24,425 nt of DNA from a virus (Duplodnaviria > Heunggongvirae > Uroviricota > Caudoviricetes), in the IMG/VR virus record IMGVR_UViG_3300010396_000003, positions 128,001 to 152,425 of that record; one strand, 5' to 3'. Shown here piece by piece: positions 23,557 to 24,425 of this stretch (position 1 is the stretch's first letter; every line of letters begins with the position of its first letter). The notes beneath the pieces were generated by a model that searched no databases, was not told the DNA's origin, and was given only the letters and a program-made list of their open reading frames with translations. The translations under genes were made by a program, and so were the position numbers.

Positions 23557-23859
23557 TCAAACTGGTTTTATATGCGATGCATGTACGCGCCAAAGTTCTG
23601 GCTCGCTGCCAAACAACGGTTTTACGGAGACTGTTACTGTCGTTTGGTTGATTTTTGTTATCGTGCCTCCAATTTTTGCGCCGCGGCGGCCGGTAAAATA
23701 CACATTTTGGCCGATAGAAAGTTTGGTGATTGCATGAGCGTTTTGTTCATTGCTCTTTAATAGAAATCTCTCATGGAGCAAACCACTCATTTCCTTCAAA
23801 TCTTCTTTGGTGGCCGAAGCAATGAGTCGTTCAAATATGCTTCTGGTCTTGCCGTCCAC
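23557..23859 (-). CDS. hypothetical protein with C-terminal SH3/KOW-like barrel
   Basis: LSIGQNVYF...GTITKINQTTVTV...WRV. RBS AAGGAGG. Confidence 0.75.
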   Translation of the reverse strand: MDGKTRSIFERLIASATKEDLKEMSGLLHERFLLKSNEQNAHAITKLSIGQNVYFTGRRGAKIGGTITKINQTTVTVSVKPLFGSEPELWRVHASHIKPV

Positions 23860-23878
23860 AATGCCTCCTTAAAAGTAT

Positions 23879-23914
23879 CGGCGGGTGAGAACCAGCCAGA
23901 TTGCTCACCCGCCG
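23879..23914 (-). terminator. GC-rich hairpin, possible terminator
   Basis: 11-bp stem CGGCGGGTGAG / CTCACCCGCCG with a 14-nt loop, followed on the minus strand by ATACTTTT. Confidence 0.5.
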
Positions 23915-24004
23915 TTGTCCTATTTGATTAAGCGTAATTTTCCGCAGGGAACTGTCTTCAAGTACGCCCTTTACCGGTGACCGGTACGATCCGGGCGCAT
24001 AGGC

Positions 24005-24425
24005 TCAACCTCCTTTCTGTAAAACTTCCATATTAAACTGTTTCCAAAACTCCAATTGCGTTGTGGCAATCTGTTTTTCTTCGAGGCTCAACTTCATATC
24101 ACGCAACACGCCCTCGAGTCTATTGATTTCATGCTGGCGCTGTTCGGTCGTCCATGCTGTCCAGCGAGCATAGCCACGAATAAATGCCAGCGCCTGTTCA
24201 ACGAGTTTATCTGCTTCATGTGTCCCCAAAACGCCCGGTTCCTTTCCGTCCCAACCAAGCTGTCGCGCCTTGTTTAAGATGAAACGCTGGGTTGAAAAAT
24301 CACCGTTTAAATCTTTAAGAGCTCCGTCCAACGTCATTGACCAGATCGGTGTCAAGAGCACCTTCGCTTTGTCGTAAACATTTTTGAGAATAGCTTTCTC
24401 GTTGTCGCCCTGTAGAGCGATTGCC
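24005..24425 (-). CDS. hypothetical protein (5' part outside the window)
   Basis: The frame of ORF 24005-24361 stays open to the window edge (AIALQGDNEKAILKNVYDKAKVLL...). Confidence 0.6.
   Translation of the reverse strand, partial: AIALQGDNEKAILKNVYDKAKVLLTPIWSMTLDGALKDLNGDFSTQRFILNKARQLGWDGKEPGVLGTHEADKLVEQALAFIRGYARWTAWTTEQRQHEINRLEGVLRDMKLSLEEKQIATTQLEFWKQFNMEVLQKGG

Noticed and set aside
1-24425. tRNA/rRNA genes, integrase/att sites, cas1/cas2, virion structural genes
   Set aside because: None recognisable by eye. The phage versus ICE/plasmid assignment therefore rests on gene content and organisation only.

Overview
The window is a gene-dense stretch in which every credible gene lies on the minus strand. 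It looks like the early/replication-accessory region of a phage, prophage or phage-like element. No virion genes, integrase, tRNA or rRNA are visible. The XRE regulator and small neighbouring proteins resemble, from recall, Acidobacteriota sequences. Recognisable genes are ParB, an XRE HTH, DUF5131, two methyltransferase-like ORFs, a clamp-loader-like AAA+ ATPase, a WGR-domain ATP-dependent DNA ligase, Ku, DUF6011, a DUF3150-like protein and a Ycf46-like AAA/DUF1257/DUF2997 module with two SWIM-finger proteins. The main finding is a compact 524-aa type V (Cas12m/V-U1-like) effector whose RuvC-II glutamate position reads Arg, so it is probably nuclease-dead. It sits inside the operon with no cas1/cas2 in the window. 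A decaying mini CRISPR array follows it (37-nt repeat, 20-26-nt spacers), and a solitary intact repeat variant lies 10 kb away just upstream of a ribosome-binding site. Other unexplained patterns: an AAA+ domain with its Walker B segment before Walker A, a shared C-terminal R-I-[FL]-[ST]-L-[DEA] peptide on 4-6 unrelated proteins, one palindromic operator in identical register in two sigma70 promoters, and a recurrent AAATCCAA box ahead of several ribosome-binding sites. All family assignments come from motif recognition, not database searches.
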